Origin: Candidatus Heimdallarchaeota archaeon
Lineage (GTDB): Archaea > Asgardarchaeota > Heimdallarchaeia > Heimdallarchaeales > Heimdallarchaeaceae
Assembly (NCBI GenBank): GCA_030668825.1
Contig: DAOVET010000028.1
Location: forward strand, 1-31,029
Direction: 5' to 3'
Length of the DNA stretch: 31,029 bases
Both the position numbers and the translations under genes were made by a program. Below are positions 26,478-31,029 of this stretch, piece by piece (the first letter of the stretch is position 1; the number at the start of each line of letters is the position of its first letter). The notes beneath the pieces were generated by a model that saw only the letters and a program-made list of their open reading frames with translations, was not told the DNA's origin and ran no database searches.

Positions 26478-27452
26478 GTGATCATTTTGGAAGCTAACTC
26501 AAAAGATATAGTAGGAAAATATGAAGAAAGATTTATTAGAAGATTAGGGGAAGTAGCAATTCTTCTCCATCTTGCTAAATCTCCTGATGGTTCTCATGCT
26601 TACGAAATGCGTTCAAAAGCTTCTGAAATCCTTTTTGAGAAAAGGAATCTAGGAACGGCATTTCTTCAAAGTCATTTGGACATCTTATTTGAGATGAAGA
26701 AACTTTTTTTACAGTTTAAAACAGACAATTCAGCTTTTGAAGCAAGTAGAAAGAGTTTAAGAGAGAAAATAGATGATTGTCCTATTTTCAAATACAATCT
26801 AAGATTTAAACAAATGATTGAAGAAAACTACGAGATTAATCAAGAAGACTTGAATTATATTGACGATATAATTGAGGCTCTCGAAAGATCAATTAAGAAC
26901 ATAAAAGAAACTTCAGTGATTTGGAGCAATATCAGTGGGATATATCCTACAATAGAATCACTGGAAAAAAATGGTTTGATAGAATTTGTGAGAAAAGATT
27001 CAGAAGGTGATAGATTGAAGAAAATTTACTCTATAACAGAAATAGGTAGAGAATCTTTATCTAGAGTTATGGTTTCCCTTATGGATATATCTTCGTTCAT
27101 TTTTGAATCAGAAAGAGAACATATTTTCCATGGAACTGAAGGAATATTATCATCTAGATTGCTTCCCTTCCGAAAAGTTTTTCTCAAACTGTCAAAAGAT
27201 TTATCTCCCGAATTCAAGAAGAAAATACATTCTTTCAAAGGAAAATCTCATGGTAGACCTTTTATTCATATGATGATGGATCAAGGACTAGCTAATCCAA
27301 GATTAAATGTTCTCATTAGTCATCCTGAGATGATAGACGAACACCTTAATGCTGCAGAATCTAAAGAAGACAGAAAAATGTTGAAATCTTTTATCAGAAA
27401 TAGACTGCTGGAGAGGCGAAAAAAAATTGATAAATTATTGGATAGGTTATAA
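26478..27452 (+). CDS. PadR-like winged-helix regulator with a large internal insertion and C-terminal extension
   Basis: AILLHL....SHAYEM (PadR helices 1-2) and, ~110 aa later, SGIYPTIESLEKNGLI...KKIYSITEIGRESL (recognition helix and wing). Confidence 0.75.
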   Translation: MIILEANSKDIVGKYEERFIRRLGEVAILLHLAKSPDGSHAYEMRSKASEILFEKRNLGTAFLQSHLDILFEMKKLFLQFKTDNSAFEASRKSLREKIDDCPIFKYNLRFKQMIEENYEINQEDLNYIDDIIEALERSIKNIKETSVIWSNISGIYPTIESLEKNGLIEFVRKDSEGDRLKKIYSITEIGRESLSRVMVSLMDISSFIFESEREHIFHGTEGILSSRLLPFRKVFLKLSKDLSPEFKKKIHSFKGKSHGRPFIHMMMDQGLANPRLNVLISHPEMIDEHLNAAESKEDRKMLKSFIRNRLLERRKKIDKLLDRL

Positions 27453-29312
27453 ATGGCAACAACTACTATAGAAAAGGAAATCGACAAAAGTTATGATTAT
27501 GATTTGCAAAAAACTCTTTTGAATAAATACAAGTCTGCTAATGGCTGGTTTTGGTCGGCTTTTTTACGCTACCCAATAATATATTTAGTTGCGTTCATTT
27601 TGCTTATGGGTAATACATATTTGGCTATTTGGACAATATCCATGATCGGTGTAGCAATAGACAAATTGATAATCGGAATAAATGCAGGAAATGCATTTTC
27701 ACCAGAGTTTACTAGGGCTATAAGCTTAATGGTAACCTTTGTACTAACAAGTTGGGTAGCTTTAAGTCTCAATGTTTATTTGTGGGCATTAGCTTCATAT
27801 AGAGTTCAAAGAGATATGAGACAAGAGTTTTATGAAGTAATTCAAAATCATTCGATGGCATTCTTCGATGAACATGATTCTGGCGTTATCCTTTCAATGG
27901 GTATGAACGAGATTGACCAGATTAGAATGGCTATTAATCCATCTGTAAGAATGCTATTAAGTTCAATGGCTACAATTATATTGACAACAGTATTTCTTTG
28001 GCAGATTGATCTATTAATTGGAGCTATTATGGCTGGAGCTTTTGTATTCTACATGATAATCGCCTGGTTTTATGCTAGAAAAGTAGGTCCAATACGAAAG
28101 AAACTAGCAACAGATTTAGCTGATCTTTCTGCTATTTCACAAGAAATGTTCAGAGGAGTAGATGTTGTTCGTTCCTTTGATAACCATGATAAAGAAATTG
28201 ACAAGTTTAATACTAAAAGTGAAGAGTATGCTGAAGATATGAAACGTGAAGGATATCTTAGCGCATTTTACTGGCCCGCTTTAATCACAATACTAGCTGC
28301 TGCTGGTGTGTTTGTTTATGGACTATATATGGCTGTTATGGGACAATATTCTGTGGGGATGTTAATCTCTGCACTAGCTCTATTAATGTCGCTAAATAGA
28401 CAAAACTTCATGATACCTATAAGATTGATTTCCTTACAAGCTGGTTTACAAAATTCAAAGAGGTTATGGAGCAAGATGGCTTTCAAAGATCCTCTAAGTG
28501 AACCAAATAAATATCAAGAAGGAGAATGGGATAAGGTTATATCTTTTGAAAATGTCACCTTTGCATATCCTGGAACTGAAAAGAAAGTTCTGAAAAATGT
28601 TTCTTTTTCAATTCCTTCTGGAGCGAGAGTTGCACTAATAGGCGGTCCTGGATCAGGAAAATCTACAATTCTGAAATTGCTCCTTAGATTATATGATCCA
28701 TCCGAGGGAGAAATAGAAATTAATGGAACATCTATAAAATCGATGTATACCAATTATGTTCGTTCAAATGTAACAATGGTTGAACAAGACATTTTCTTGT
28801 TTTCAGACACTCTGAGAGCCAATATTGCTTTTGCTAAACCTGATGCCACAGATGATGAAATCAGAGAAGCAGCCAAACGAGCACAGATTGCTCCTTTTAT
28901 CGAAACTCTTCCTGATAAATATGAAACAATAATTGGTGAACGGGGGGTAACATTATCAGGCGGGCAGAGACAAAGAGTCGCCATTGCAAGAGCAATGTTA
29001 TCTAATCCAAGATTACTTTTACTTGATGATTCTACAAGCGCTGTTGATATCAAAACAGAACTGAGACTTAGATATGCTATGGAAGAATTGATGAAAGATA
29101 GAACAAGTATAGTTGTAACTCAAAGACTCACGACTCTAGTTGCATCAGATTTGATTATTCTGATGAAACTAGGAGAAGTTGTTGATATAGGAACTCATTC
29201 AGAATTACTTCAAAGGTGTCCTGATTATCAGTTCATGTGTCAACACTTACCGATGTCTGAATCCCTAGGTGTGTGTGAGGGTGTTGATGTTGTAGAAGGA
29301 GGTAGAAAATAA
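27453..29312 (+). CDS. ABC exporter half-transporter (TMD+NBD), subunit with degenerate catalytic residues
   Basis: 6-TM domain; GGPGSGKST, LSGGQRQR, Walker B LLLLDD (E to D), switch VVTQR (H to Q). Confidence 0.93.
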   Translation: MATTTIEKEIDKSYDYDLQKTLLNKYKSANGWFWSAFLRYPIIYLVAFILLMGNTYLAIWTISMIGVAIDKLIIGINAGNAFSPEFTRAISLMVTFVLTSWVALSLNVYLWALASYRVQRDMRQEFYEVIQNHSMAFFDEHDSGVILSMGMNEIDQIRMAINPSVRMLLSSMATIILTTVFLWQIDLLIGAIMAGAFVFYMIIAWFYARKVGPIRKKLATDLADLSAISQEMFRGVDVVRSFDNHDKEIDKFNTKSEEYAEDMKREGYLSAFYWPALITILAAAGVFVYGLYMAVMGQYSVGMLISALALLMSLNRQNFMIPIRLISLQAGLQNSKRLWSKMAFKDPLSEPNKYQEGEWDKVISFENVTFAYPGTEKKVLKNVSFSIPSGARVALIGGPGSGKSTILKLLLRLYDPSEGEIEINGTSIKSMYTNYVRSNVTMVEQDIFLFSDTLRANIAFAKPDATDDEIREAAKRAQIAPFIETLPDKYETIIGERGVTLSGGQRQRVAIARAMLSNPRLLLLDDSTSAVDIKTELRLRYAMEELMKDRTSIVVTQRLTTLVASDLIILMKLGEVVDIGTHSELLQRCPDYQFMCQHLPMSESLGVCEGVDVVEGGRK

Positions 29313-31029
29313 TGGGTCATGGTCATGGTAGAGCTGCAAGAATGTTCCAAGAAAAAACTCACAAGAGAGCTAGATCAACAAAAGTTTTGGTTGGTAGTCT
29401 TTGGATATATATACGTAGATATCTCACCCCACTCATTTTGTCAACTCTATTGATATTGTTCTATTCTTTAACTGCCTTAGTAAATCCTATAATTATTAAG
29501 AATGGATTGAATGCTCTAAATGATTTATCATACAAATCATTCTTCTATGTGATTGGACTGTTTTTCACTCAATTAGGTACTGGAGAATTTGTTCAAATTC
29601 AAAAACGAGTTGACCCCATTCCAGTCGGAGCTCAACAATTCCAGCAATTGATTCCTTTAACTATTGCCTTCTTAGCCATCACTGTAATAAGTTGGATATT
29701 CAATTCTCTTTCAACAAGAGTTACTGCAAAGATGAATTCTCGAATGCTTCATGACGTAAGAGGTGATCTTTACAGGAAACTTAGTTATTCCGATATGGCT
29801 TATTTAAAAAATGAACAATCAGGAAACATAACTGCGAGAGTAACATCAGATACCACGGAACTTGCAACAGGAATACACCTACTTACAATGTTGGGCTCAC
29901 AAATTATACTCATTATTGGTGCTTTCACTCTGTTAATGCTACAAAGCTGGATTATTGGATTAATATCCTTAGCTGCAATACCAATTGCTTTCATGATGAG
30001 TACAGTACTAAGTAAATTTGGCAGAAGAATTGTTCTTAGAGTAAGAAGAGCATTTGGGTCTGTTTCTGGTAAAATGGCAGAAGGAATTAGTGGTATAGCG
30101 GTAGCTAAATCGTTTAATCGTGAAGAAGAACTAGCCACAGAATTAAGAGAACTAAATCAGCAACACTACAACTATTCCAAACAATTTGGTAAGCTCATGA
30201 TGTTCATTATGCCGACAATGACAGCATTAAGTTATCTATTATTCATTGTGATAATCTATGCAAGTGGTGGGCTTAATCTTCCACCAGGAGATATTTATTT
30301 AGCTGTTAATTTATCGCAACAGTTTCTCTTTCCTATAGTGATGCTAGCCATGATATTTCCACAAATGGAAACCGCTTTTGGTGCAATGGATAGGATCATA
30401 GATGTTTTCGAAGCTAAACCAGCTGTTGCAGATATTGAAGGAGCAAGAGATTTAATAGACGGAGATGATAGCGTCAGTTTCCAGAATGTAAGTTTTGCAT
30501 ATGTTGAAGATAATTATGTTGTGAAAAACATTAATTTTACAGCAAACTCTGGAGAACTTATTGCATGTGTCGGGCATACAGGAGCTGGTAAAACAACACT
30601 CTTCTCATCTCTCTTAACTAGGTTCTATGATGTTCAAGAAGGGTCAATTCTAGTAGGTTCTCAAGATATTAGAACTGTTACTCAGTCTTCATTAAGACAA
30701 ACAATTGGTCTTGTTACTCAAGAACCCTTCTTATTTAGTGGGACTGTTATGGAGAATATTCTCTATGGTTCAGCTAATGCTACTGAGGAAGATGTGAAAA
30801 AGATTAGTAAAATGATTAATGCAGATCAATTCATAAAAGCATTACCTAATGGCTATGATACTATAGTCGTAGAAGGTGGAAAAAAGCTATCTTCCGGACA
30901 ACGTCAAATAATAACAATTGCTCGAACTATGTTAGCTGATCCTAGAATCTTAGTTCTTGATGAAGCTACTTCTAGACTAGATGCATATTCTGAAAGTTTA
31001 GTTCAAGCTGCTCAAAGAGAATTGTTCAA
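29312..31029 (+). CDS. ABC exporter half-transporter (TMD+NBD), partner subunit; 3'-truncated and absent from the ORF track
   Basis: ATG overlaps the previous stop (TAATG) with GGAGGT SD at 29298-29303. Reads MGHGHGRAARMFQ...; in-frame Walker A GHTGAGKTT (30572), signature LSSGQRQ and Walker B ILVLDEATS run to the window end. Confidence 0.92.
   Translation, partial: MGHGHGRAARMFQEKTHKRARSTKVLVGSLWIYIRRYLTPLILSTLLILFYSLTALVNPIIIKNGLNALNDLSYKSFFYVIGLFFTQLGTGEFVQIQKRVDPIPVGAQQFQQLIPLTIAFLAITVISWIFNSLSTRVTAKMNSRMLHDVRGDLYRKLSYSDMAYLKNEQSGNITARVTSDTTELATGIHLLTMLGSQIILIIGAFTLLMLQSWIIGLISLAAIPIAFMMSTVLSKFGRRIVLRVRRAFGSVSGKMAEGISGIAVAKSFNREEELATELRELNQQHYNYSKQFGKLMMFIMPTMTALSYLLFIVIIYASGGLNLPPGDIYLAVNLSQQFLFPIVMLAMIFPQMETAFGAMDRIIDVFEAKPAVADIEGARDLIDGDDSVSFQNVSFAYVEDNYVVKNINFTANSGELIACVGHTGAGKTTLFSSLLTRFYDVQEGSILVGSQDIRTVTQSSLRQTIGLVTQEPFLFSGTVMENILYGSANATEEDVKKISKMINADQFIKALPNGYDTIVVEGGKKLSSGQRQIITIARTMLADPRILVLDEATSRLDAYSESLVQAAQRELF

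Overview
AT-rich, gene-dense prokaryotic chromosomal segment with about 24 CDS. I recognised no rRNA, tRNA, CRISPR array, integrase or transposase. Gene content (tungsten-type aldehyde:ferredoxin oxidoreductase, a TPR protein fused to a longin/roadblock-like domain, a stand-alone longin-like protein, 'GSGTxxDPYxIEN' beta-helix surface protein), TATA-type promoters, GGTG/GGAGGT ribosome-binding sites and oligo-T terminators point to an archaeon, most likely Asgard (Heimdallarchaeia-like); this assignment is an inference. Recognisable genes are a TetR/SDR divergon with two palindromic operators, a DegT-like PLP enzyme, a SERCA-like P2A ATPase, three NTF2-like domains in two genes, two paralogous 7-repeat beta-propeller/FN3/TM surface proteins, a Pol-beta-type nucleotidyltransferase, and an operon of a MacB/LolD-type ABC system, an insertion-split PadR-like regulator and a heterodimeric ABC exporter. 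The most unusual part is 10144-14119. Three very AT-rich genes there encode four highly diverged copies of an unrecognised 4-TM domain with fixed-spacing E-x18-P, Cys, R-x-[VI]-N and second Cys. This array lies between the intact 3' end of an orphan helical gene and a decayed duplicate of that same 3' end.
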